Shown here: positions 26,101-38,100 of the stretch, in pieces
How the letters are laid out: every line of letters begins with the position of its first letter
Position numbering within the stretch: the first letter of the stretch is position 1
DNA from: Chiloscyllium plagiosum
Taxonomy: Eukaryota
Assembly: GCF_004010195.1 (NCBI RefSeq)
Contig: NC_057752.1
Coordinates: forward strand, 9,868,862-9,932,861
Reading direction: 5' to 3'
DNA length: 64,000 nucleotides
The notes under the pieces: generated by a model
What the model was told of the DNA's origin: nothing
Seen by the model: only the letters and a program-made list of their open reading frames with translations
Database searches by the model: none
Translations under genes and position numbers: made by a program

Positions 26101-29100
26101 CTGAAGGAAGAATACCTCATCTTCCATCTTGTGAGCTTACAACCAGACAGCCTTCATGCATCCCCATCACCCAGCACTTAAACACACAGGAGGTGATAGA
26201 TGTTTGGAACACTCTTCCACAAGAGCAGCAGTTGATGCTAGATCTGTTATTAGTTTTAAATCAGAGATTGATAAACTTTTGTCAACCAAAAACTTTTAAA
26301 GGATATGGGCTAAAGGCAAGTTAGGCCATCGATCAGCTATAATTGAATAGTGGAACTGGCTCAAGGGGTTGAATAGCCTACTCCTGTTCCTAAGGTGAAA
26401 AGGGTTGAACCTTCATTTCTTAAAAACTTGCAACATGACTGTTTCAAATAATTTTGTTTTGTTCCTTTGAGTTAAACTACATTGCCATCACAATAGTGAA
26501 AAAATAAAACTTGCGGCCTGTCAAGTCAGGTTTCACACTGGAGCGTGACTTATCTGGGATCTTGACACCACAAAGACAGTCCAAGTGACTCACCCAGTGC
26601 TCAGTTTTCACACCAGTGGAATGAGAAAGGAGTAACAGCAGAGCTTTATCTAACATTCACATGTTCACCAACCCAAAATGGTGGCATCAATACAATGCTC
26701 AGCAGCTAATCAGACATCCAATTTCTTGCAACTTACTTGGAATGTGTGGTTTACCACTGATGAATTAAAATGACACAGCAATTACCCTAACTACGGGATG
26801 AAATGCATTATACCCATCAACCTATATATTAGATTGTGCTCAACTGTATGTTATTCTTCATTAAGGCAAACAATCAATCAATCAGGTACTAATGAGTAAT
26901 TTCTTGGGACAAATATCATCATGTATTAAATGTGGAATGCTCTAACTGCTGATATATGCCATTGCTTGAATAAAACTGCAAGATCAATAAGATACAATAA
27001 CCTATTGCCTGAAAACAATCCATGGGATGGGATCAAACCACAAACCAAAACCACATTAAATTGCTAGCTTCTGCCACGGTGGCTGTTGTTGGTCAAGGTG
27101 GCACACTGTAGGTTTGGTTAACTGAGGAATGAATGCATTCTGCTGTAATATACTACTTTAAAATACTCTATTAACTCTATTTTGGTGAATGCACAAAGGA
27201 CAATTGCGGTGAGTTCAGAGCTTCCAACACGGATAGAAATCCACTCGAGCTCAGCTTTGCAGTGAGAGGAGAAAGTAGAAAATATTTAAGGGTCAGACAA
27301 AATTAAATGCATCACTTTAATGCGGTCATCTCCATTTCTCAATTGCACTGCTCTTTTGAATCACACTCAGTTGTATTATCACGATTTAAGTGATGGTATG
27401 ACCACTTACAGTGCGTTGCAACAATTTCCAGCGATCGGTTGCATTTCGTGCTTTGTCAAAATCTATTTGCAATCCCTCATGAAACTGTGCACGGCTGTTA
27501 AAGAAAATATCTCCATCAATTCATGTACATATTTGAACAAATTTTAAACCATGTGAAAGTATAAAGGAACTAAATTAAGCTTATCGCATCAACTCTTAAG
27601 AAAATTGAAATTGACAAGGAGCAGAATGTTAAGAATAAAATTGTTGTGCAATACTAATCCAAGAAGTTCCTGTGTTGACATTAACTGGGTCAACTTGCCC
27701 CAGTATTTTACAACAGTAATTTAAATCGCATTTTTGCATCTTTTGTGGTTACACTGTAAAACCTGATGTATCAGTCAGACCTTTGTGCATGTAGATTCCT
27801 TCGAAATACAAACTCGGTTATGAAATAGCACCATAAAATGTGGGTCCAATTTAGAGAAAGCGAAGTTCTTTTAAAAATATTCAATTAATTCTCTGGATGT
27901 GAGTGCCAATGAAGCAAGCACTTATTACCTATACTACTACTCAGCTGTATCACACTACTATGAGCCAGCTATATTGGTGTGGGACTGAAGTCAAAAATAA
28001 GTCTGGCAAGGAAAGGATGGCAAGTTTCCTTTCCTGAAGGACTGACTGAATCAGTTCCATTTTTCTCCCAACATCTTCACACTCACTTAGACATAGCAAA
28101 TTTTTATTCCCAGGTTTTTCTGCCACGATGGGATTTTAACTCATGTTCCAGGTTTTGAAATTACGAGACCAGTAAAAATCACTGAACACATACAGACAAA
28201 ACAAAAGCTCCAGGAGATGGAAAAGTACAGCCAAGAATTAACTTATTAGTTGACTGGAGAATGAAGTAAAAAAAAAATATTTACTTGGGTTTTGAGAATT
28301 CCTTCAGAAAGTTTAACATTAGCAAAAACCCTTCACTCTTCCACCCATTCTCTCATGGTTCAGGAGATTGGTATTTTATTGAAAAAATACAATTATATAA
28401 AAAATGATTAAAAAGAAAACTAAACACCAAGACACAAAAATAAGTTCAAAAGTTACAAATCTATTTAAGGAAGTGTTCTTTTCAATCAGTTATGGGTTAA
28501 GAATGGGAATTTGACTTTGAGGTGAAGAATATACAAGATAGGAAAAGTAGACCATTTTGGTCCCTCAAATCTCAGGTTTTTGAATTCTACATTTTCATCG
28601 AGGCTTGATAACCTAGGATTCTCCTGCAAACAAGAATCAATCCACCTCTGTCCGATAAATATTCAAACACCCTGCCTCCTAATCCATCTGTAACTTCCTT
28701 GTCTTCTAAGAAGGTATTTTCCTAGCCAACTTAGTGTTATCTGTGAATTTAGCTACCATGCCTTTACTACTCTCATGTAAGTCATTGTAAAACATTGAGG
28801 TCAGAGCACAGATCCCTGTGGGACCCCCAGTCCTCCCACCCTACCAATCAGAAAGAGACTCATATGCATACTACTTGCTGTCAACCATACTTCCATGGTG
28901 ATAAGTTATCCCAAACAGCATGACTGTTGATTTTCAACAATATCTGATTGTCACCTTATCAAATGCCTGTTTTGAAAATCCAAATATAGTATGTCTACAG
29001 GTTCCCCTTCATCTACAACAAACATGACTTTCCTTTCACAAAACCACATTGATGCTCAATTACTGAGTTTTTCCTGAGTGCCTAGCTATAAAATCTCATG

Positions 29101-32100
29101 ATTGATGCCAACACCATCACCGCAACAAACATCAAGCTAACTGGTCCAATGTCTCACTCTTGTTGAAATCAGGAGTTTCTACTTGCTACTTTTCAAACTA
29201 TTAGAACTTTGCCTGTATCCAGGGAACTTAACAGCATATCCACTAGCTCATCACCCACTGATTTTCATACTCAAAGATGAAATCACCTGGACTCAGACTT
29301 GCCAGCCCACAGCTTCAACAGTTGGCTTAGTACTGCTGCCCTAGTGTTAGTAATTTTGCCAACTTCTCTTCCTTGCATCTGTTGATTTGTAGGTATGACT
29401 GAAATTTTGGTTTTATATCCTCTATAAATGAAGATAGAAACATTTTTCCATCCACCATTACCTTATCTTCCATTCCCATTCTCACCTTATTGGACCACAC
29501 TTCATTTACTTTTTTCCTTATTAAATACATGTAGAACACTTAACGTCATAGAGATGTACAGCATGGAAACAGACCCTTCGATCCAACCCATCCATGCCGA
29601 CCAGATATTCCAACCCAATAAGCCTGATGAAGGGCTTATGCCCGAAACATCGATTCTCCTGTTCCTTGGATGCTGCCTGACCTGCTGTGCTTTACCAGCA
29701 ACACATTTTCAGCTCTGATCTCCAGCATCTGCAGACCTCACTTTCTCCCCAACCCAATCTAGTCCCATTTGCCAGCACCCAGCACATATCCCTCCAAACC
29801 CTTCCTATTCATATACCTATCCATTCTTAGCTAGCTTCCTTTGTACTCTGATTTTTTTCCTCATGACTAACCTTTTGGTTATTCTCTGGCATTTTCAACA
29901 TGACAGCTCTGCCAACCATCCAACCTAAACTTTGGGTCCGCTATGTGGATGACACCTTTGTCATCACTAAACAAAAAGGAATTAGAGGAAACTTTCAGGA
30001 CAATCAATAATACACTTACTGGCATAAAATTCCCCAAAGAGGAGGAAAACAACAACAAATTGCCATTCCTAGATGTCACGGTAGAGCGAACAGCCAATGG
30101 GGAACTTCAAACCAATGTCTACAGGAAAACAACACATACCGACCAAATATTGAACTACAGAAGCAATCATCCCAACATCCACAAACGAAGCTGCATTAGA
30201 ATATTATTTCAATTATTCACCATACACTGCAGCATAGAGGAACTACGCAGAGCAGAGGAAAATCACCTATACAGTGCATTCAAAAAGAATGGGTACCCAA
30301 TGAACATAGTCCACCGATTTCTCAGCAACAAACCCAAACAAGCAGACAAAACACGTACAGAAACCCAAGCCACTCTCCCCTACATCAAAGACATCTCAAA
30401 AATGACTGCCAGACAACTCAGACCCCTTGGCATCATGGTAGCCCACAAACCCACCAACACACCAAAACAGCAGCTAATGAACTTGAAAGACCCTATACAG
30501 ACAATGAGCAAAACTAACGTCATTTACAAAGTACCATGCAAGGACTGTAACAAACACTACATTGGACAAACAGGTAGAAAACTAGCCACGAGGATACATG
30601 AACATCAACTGGCCACAAAACGACATTACCTACTCTCACTAGTATCCTTACATACGGATGAGGAAGGACACCATTTCGATTGGGACAACACATCCATCCT
30701 AGGACAAGCCAAACAGAGACACGCACGAGAATTCCTAGAAGCATGGCATCCCAACCAGAACTCTATCAACAAACTCCGAGTTAGACCCCATCTACCACCT
30801 CCTGAGAAATAGAACAGGAAATGATGTAACCACAGAAAATGATATCACCAACCCCAGGAAACCGAAACACAAATAGAAAGCGAGCCATAACACCAGTGCT
30901 TCACCAGAGGCTCACTGATGAAACCATGTCACTGTAATGGTAATCAAATCATATATGCTTACACAATGTGAGATATCAGTTAATTTACTTTATTATTGCT
31001 GTGCACATTCAGAACATGCCTTGCAATTTAATGAGACATTACCTCTTAGAACACAAGCAGGCCTGGCAGTCAGAGAATTCCAATGCGAAATGGAACAAAA
31101 CTATCCAAATTTATCAACTGACAGAACTCATTAATAAATTCACCAATAAATAACAGTAGCTAGATGTCATCTAAAATCCTATACATATTAATAATCACAT
31201 AAGGGGAAAACAGAAACAGATCAAGAATAGCTATTTTGGCTAATTTAGAAGGCTAGGACTAAGGGTCAGAATCTAAAAATTGGAAATGGATCGGAGTAGT
31301 GAAAACAAGAAACAATTTTGCACATAAAAACTGGAAGATTGAAACTCTCTTTCACATACAGCAAATGATGATTGGCCAATTGTTAATTTTAAAACCAGGA
31401 TAGATTTTACTTCAAAAGTATCAAAGATTATGGGGGGGAAAAAATTTGGGAAGACAGAGTTGGGTGACAGGCGAACCATGATCTTAGTGCATTATAGAAC
31501 AGACTAAATGGCTGACTAATTCCATATTAAATCTGGTTAACGTTGAATCAACAGCACTGACAGGATCACCACTTGTGACACTACAACTTAAACTGCAGGT
31601 CTATTTCATCCAGGTTATCTACTAGCCTCGGGGGGGAAGAGAGAAAGAGATTCACTTTAGTAGTAAGAACATGAAGTGAAAGGTATAATTCTAAGGGGGT
31701 GTGTAGGAGCTGAAGGACCTGGGTGTGTAGGTGTACAAAAGCGGGCAGGACAGCTCAAGTGTGTGGTTAATAAAGCACACAACATCCTGGGCCTCATTAA
31801 TAGCAGCATGGAATAGAGGGCAAGGAGGATATGTTAAACTTGCACAAAATACTACTTTGGCCTCAACTTTAGGTCTGTCCAGTTTTGGGTACCACACTTC
31901 AGGAAGGATGCAAAGGCACTAGAGGGAATGCAGAAAGGGATCGGATTACCTGTAAGGGCAGCACGGTGGCTCAGTGGTTAGCACTGCTACCTCACAGCGC
32001 CAGGGACCCATGTTCAACTCCAGCCTTGGGCAACTGTCTGTGTGGAGTGAGCACATTCTCCCCTGGTCTGTGTGGGTTTCTTCCAGGTGCACGGGTTTCC

Positions 32101-35100
32101 TCCCACAGTCCAAAGATGTGCAGATTAGGTGGATTGGCCATGCTAAACGGCTCATGGTGTTCAGGGATGTGCAAGCTAGTAAATGTAAACTAAAAGTAAC
32201 AGGGTAGGGGAATGGGTCTGGGTGGGATACTCCTCGGAGGGTCGGTGTGAACTTGTTGGGCCAAAATGGTCTGTTTCCACAAATTAGGGATTCTATGGTG
32301 AAAAGATTGAAGAACGTCCCACGGATGAGGAACAAATCAGTTACATAAATTAGGCAAGTTGGGACGGATATCTTGAAGAGCTGGTTAAGAGGAGATTAGA
32401 TAGATGCATTCAAAATCAAGAGGGTACTGGGAAGAGTATGTCAGGAGAAATTGTTCTCAAAAGGAAGGATTGAGAACCAGAGGCACACTTATGGTGATTG
32501 GCAAAAGAAGCAACGGCAACACGAGGAGAAACTTCTTCATACAGCGAGTGATTAGGATTCATGGTGGATCAAGGCTTCCAAGAACAATTGGATTATCTAT
32601 AAAGAAAGAATATGCTGGGTTACAGGGAGATGATGGGAAAGTGGCACTATATCAGTTGCCTATGCGGACAGCCAGCACAGACAAAATAGGCAAAGTGACC
32701 TCCTAAGCTGTAACAATCTAGAAATTCTGAAAAGACAATTACTGCTCCTATCTGGACTAGATCCAAAGTATAAGCCCAGGGACAGGATAGCAATATGGAG
32801 ATATTAATCCAAGAAACCTTTTACTTATACCAATTAAAAACAAGAAAGTGAACGATAGATTCATCAAAAATGTACCAATTCCCATCAAAGGATATCATCA
32901 GGGACCAGAGCTAAGACTTTCTGCCAAGTTTCTTTACTGCCAAAGACATCTTGTTTATTCAGAACGTAGTCTTCAAAATAGCTATCAATCACAGTGATAG
33001 ATTCCCTACAAATAGAGCAAAAACAACATAATTAGCAATCATTAATAAATCACCCCCAGCCCACTATCCAGATCACTGCATTGCAAGCAGAAAATTACTT
33101 TCATACACCTGGGCTTCCAGACTGCCAAAGATCAAATTCAGCACACTGCTAATTATCAACTACTTTATGCTCCCCACGAATGAGATTTCACTTATTCAAT
33201 ACACAATATACAGAACCTTTGACTCACTGAGCAACACTGCAAGCAATTTGAGTGCACTGTATAATAAAAGGTTTTGTGTGCACACACCTCAGTCCAAGAA
33301 AACACCAGAGAAAAACAAATGCTGGAGCCATAATATCCAGTCTCATAATTGCCACAAAGCTAAGGTTTTGATCAACAGCCTTGAATAAATTAGTCTTTGA
33401 TCTCACCAAGTGGTTAATCAAACGTAAAAGCACATACTTTTAGTAGGATAATGCAGTTTTAAATGGTATAATGACCCCATAGTTGCATGAGTGATCAACT
33501 ACAGATGGATACATTCAAACGTCTTCATAAAGACTTGCACCTCAACACATCCAAAATGCTTCACAGCCAGTGGAGTATTTTTCAGTGTAATCACAGCCAC
33601 AATACAAGGAAATCCAGAAGTCAATTTATACAAGGCAAACACCAATGGAGATAATGATTAGATCTGCCTTTTTCATGTCAATTTGAAGGAGAAGTATTGG
33701 CAAGGTCACGAAGGATAACACCCTTGCTCTTTTTTGGTTAGTGCCATCAGATCTTTTGCATCCACTCAAGAGGGCAGTTTCAATGTTCTCATCCCAAAGA
33801 AAATACCTCTAATAAAAACGTCTGACTTTGTGGTTAAATATCAGGTGGGGCTTGAACACATGACCAGGACAGAATGAAATAAGAATGGTTTAAAATTAAT
33901 CCACAAAACAAGGTTAATATAACGACATGTAACAAAGCCATTTTTTAAACTCCAGTGTACTCACTGAATAGAAGGATGAATGGGACTATTCAAACGTACT
34001 TTCTTGATTGTATCCGTTCCACCCTGTAAAACGGTCAGCAACATTTGGCATTATAAACAGATGGCAGAATGGATACATCCTACTTTTTATCTAAAAGAGC
34101 AACTAATCTCACGGCTGAGAAGATACCTACCTTGACCACACTCAGGTACTCTGCAACAGCGGACCGAGCTGCCTGGGAAAGTTTCCGTGCACTGTCATCA
34201 CAGACCCAGCAATGGACCCCTCTTCGGCCAGAGTACACCCAGAGACGGTGTTGAAACCCAAAGTCCTCTGTGATGCAAACAAGGGAATCTGCATTATATA
34301 GACGGTTGAGAATCTATGAAATTTAATTTCAGAATATGTGCACCACTGCATCTCTGTTACTAAAGGAATACCTTCAAGAACAATATTGTATATTAGGTCC
34401 AACCTGATAGGCCACCCGCATCAAGTTATTCTGAACAGTACACTTGTTGCTGGTGATCATTCACAAGCTCAGCACCCAGGAAAGCACTATGTTGAGACTT
34501 CCACATAGGAAGAGACAAGTCATCTCAGCAAACTTCATGGAGAGCCCAGGCAGAATGGGAGAACATCATGTTCCTGTTGCTTAACTTCAGGAAAGCAATA
34601 AAGATAGTTGCACAAGTGGTTATCAAGCACCTCTGGGATGTTTTTTTAAAAATTATTAATTCACAGGATGTGGGCATTGCTGGCTAGGCCAGCATTTATT
34701 GACCATGGCTAGTTGCCCAAAGGGCAGTTGTGAGTCAATCACATTACTGTGGGTCTGGAGTCACATGTAGGCCAGACCAGGTAAAAAAGGACACCAGTGA
34801 ACTCAGTGGGTTTTCCTGACAATTGACAATGGTTTCATTGTCATCATTAGACTTTTAGTTTCAGATTTTGAATGCAAATTTTTCCATCTGCCATGGTAGG
34901 ATTCAAACCCAGTTGTCTACAGCGTTACCCGAGGCTCCAGATAACCAGTCTCATGATAATACCACAAATCCATTTCTTTTGGGGAGGTAGAGTGAATGTG
35001 TTTCGAAAAGTTAGTACTGTTTTAACTTTTACCAGTAATTGAAATCAGCATCGATCCAAAGCTCAGAAACAAAGTATTTCCACAGAGTTAAAGTGCTTGC

Positions 35101-38100
35101 TGTTGTGCTGGCCCAGATGGACCAAACAACCCAAAGACTCGAACTATCCTCAGGTTGACTCAATTTAACTCAAGCAGTATTCAGCATGTTACAACTAACC
35201 TTAACGCTCTGGTGGCAAGGGAGAGATCAGCATCAAAGAAAGCAAAATAGGTAGTGTTCAAGTTTCCAAAAATTATTCATGTACTCCTTTGGAACATGAG
35301 ATGCGTGGTCCACAGACAGGTGCTCAAGAACAGAGACTGCTAATCCATGAATCGAGAGGTTGTAGCGCACTATGGAACCATAGTGCAGAACAAGTCAGTA
35401 CTTTTAGGAGAAAAGAATTGAGCAAAGGCAGGAAGCAGAATTACTGGGGGGAGGAGGAGAAAAGAAGTAATTTAACCTTCCAATGCTCTGTCCAGAATCT
35501 TGATAGCAATCGTCATTAGTGTCCAGCACTTGTGACAAATATCTGCAGAGCTAAAGAATATAAATAACTCAACAATTTTTTTCTGAATAATCTTGAACAT
35601 TATTATAAAATACATGCTTTGATTGTTATCTACATGAGATATTCAAAAAAGTAAAATATAAGCATAACAAGCCCAGAGAACCCTGGACAAAAAAGGAAGG
35701 AAGGCTTTTAGTAGATACAAAGGCAGTAAACCAATTAAGGCACTCGTAGGGTATATAAAGAGCTGGGGGAGCTTAAGAAAGCAATTGGGAGAGCAAAGAG
35801 GCAGCATGGAAAGACATTGGTGGGTAAGATTAGAGAATACCGTGGGATTCTCCATGTATATTCAGGAGAAGAGGATAACCAGGGAATGAGTAGGGCTCAT
35901 TAGGACCCAAGACTACAATCTGTGCATGGAGCTGGAGGACACTGGTGGTGTGTTAAACGAGTACTTCACACCTGTCCTCCTTCAGGAGGAGGATGGAGGT
36001 ATAGAATTTAGGAAGAGGAATAAAGAGGCTCTTCAGCAGGTTGACATAGGAAGTGAGGAGATATTGGAGGTTTTGGTGGGCTTAAAAGTGGCCCAAACTT
36101 TTAATTTTTCTCTCGCCACAGGGAAGTGCTACAAGACGGTTGACTGCTAATGTGGTTCCATTTTTCAATAATAGGCCAGTAGAAATAAACCAGGGAATTA
36201 CAGATCAGATCAGTGAGTCTTACATCAGTGGTAGGGAAAGTGTTGATGAAAATTCTGAAGAAGGAGAGAATTAATCTCCACTCAGAGGGGCAAGGTTTGA
36301 TCAGAGATAATCAACATGGCTTTGTCAGAGGAAGGCCTTTTGTAACAAATTTGATTAAACTTTTCAAAAAGGTGACGAGGAGTGACGAGATGAGGATTGT
36401 GCATTTGATGTAGTTTATAAGATTTCAGTGAAGCCTTTGGACAAGGTCCCACAGGGATCCAGAATAGCTTGGCAAGTTGGATCCAAAATTGGCTTAGTGA
36501 TAGGATACAGAGGTGGTGGTAGAAGTTTGTCTGCATAAATGGAGGCCGGTTTCCAGGGGTGTACCACAGCAATCAGTGCTGTGTCCCTTATCGTTCATGT
36601 GATCTACTTGGGGGAAGTAAGTAGATTTGTAGATGATACAAAGATTGACTGGGTAATTAGTGAAGGAGAAGGTCTCAGGTTACAGGAAGATCTCGGTGGG
36701 TTGGTCAGTTGGTAGATCACTGACAGATAGAATTTAACCCTGAAAAATGAGTGGTGATGTACTTTGGAAGCAGTAACACCACAAGGGAGTACTCGACGAA
36801 TGACACTATAAAGCTCAGAGTAATAAAAGGGATGTTTGTCCACAGATCCCTGAAGGCAGCAGGACAGGTTAACAAGACATGACACATGCACGCCTTTATC
36901 AGCTAGGGGATAGATTATAAAGATCAGGGAGGTTATATTGCAGGTTGTTAAAAAACAAAATTTTGGTTAGGCCACAGCTGCAGAACTGTGTGTAGTTCTG
37001 GTTGTGTCACTAGAGGATGTGACTGCCTTGGAAGGGGAGGGGAGGGGAGGGGAGGGGAGGCAGAGTAGATTCACCAGGATGGTGCATTTTAGCAGTGAAG
37101 AGGCTGGATAAGCTCAGGTTGTTTTCTTTGAAGCAGAGAAGGTTGAGGGGTGACCTGATTAAAGTGCACAAGATTAGAAGGGGCATGGACAAGGTGAATA
37201 GGAAACAGCTGTTTCCCTTAGTTGATGGATCAACAACAAGGAGCCATAATTCTACGGTGAAGGACTGGAAGTTGAGAGTGGATTTAAGGAAACTTCTTTT
37301 ACCCAGAGGGTAGTGGGAATCTGGAATGCCCTACCCGGGAAAAGTAGAACACATAACCTTTAAAAACTATTAGATAAATCACTTAACGTCATAACATTCA
37401 AGGACTAGTGGAGTTGGGTTGGCATAGACTCAATGGCTCGAAAGACCTCTTCTGAGCTGTATGACTCTAAGACATTAGGAAAAGCAAACTATGACAAACT
37501 AATAAGCTATCTTTTTTCCCCCACCTTAAAACAAGCATGTAACAGTTTTTAAAAAATTATAAGCAGTGAAATTCTTCATTGACCCATAAACTATTCAAAA
37601 TCTAAATCAAAATCTCATAAAATGGAACTCAAAGCTCTGCTGGTTTCTAACATTCCAAATTAATTGAGAGCTTGTGCTGTGTATACGTCTTCTAAATAAC
37701 TGCATAATCCTCATTTTTGAATCTTCAATTTCTGATGAAACCACATAATAGAAAATCTAACACGTCTCTGTCAGTGAAGTTTTACAACTCACAGGAAACC
37801 TCAAAAAGCTCCTGGTTGAACATATTTATCTTGCACAAAAGAAGCATTTGTAATTTTAAAATTACTTTAAACTAACTGCGTTCGTTATACACTGGAGTAC
37901 CTCAACATCCTTGGTCAACAGTTTTACTGTCAGGATAAGGGAAATGCTTTTAGCAGTGTTAATGCAGATTCAGTGCTCTTCTGCAGCCCAAATTACAAGT
38001 GTGAAAAACATAAAAGCAACTTTCCCCAGTTCTGACAAAAAATGTTATTAACCCAAAACATTAATTATGTTTTGTTTCTCACAGATGCTGCCACACTTGA

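Larger units (their letters stand above)
27487..32895 (-). other. PRIM1 intron 7: minor-spliceosome (U12-type) AT-AC intron, 5409 nt
   Basis: 5' end ATATCCTTT; branch-site-like TTCTTTAAC at 27505-27497; 3' end GCAC|. Only this junction keeps the reading frame. Confidence 0.92.

Noticed and set aside
22576..27409. Possible extra micro-exon in PRIM1 intron 8, since exons 8 and 9 are a few codons shorter than I recall for human
   Set aside because: Exons 8 and 9 already join in frame with good splice sites in a variable linker; no convincing candidate was seen
29943..30812. 289-aa GIY-YIG ORF as a domesticated nuclease gene
   Set aside because: It is a 5'-truncated Penelope-like copy; the YVDD motif is in another frame and no promoter or splice evidence is seen
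37033..37060. (GGGGA)n run, and a 17-bp tandem duplication near 10947-10983
   Set aside because: Ordinary slippage repeats inside decayed LINEs; there is no spacer structure, so not CRISPR-like
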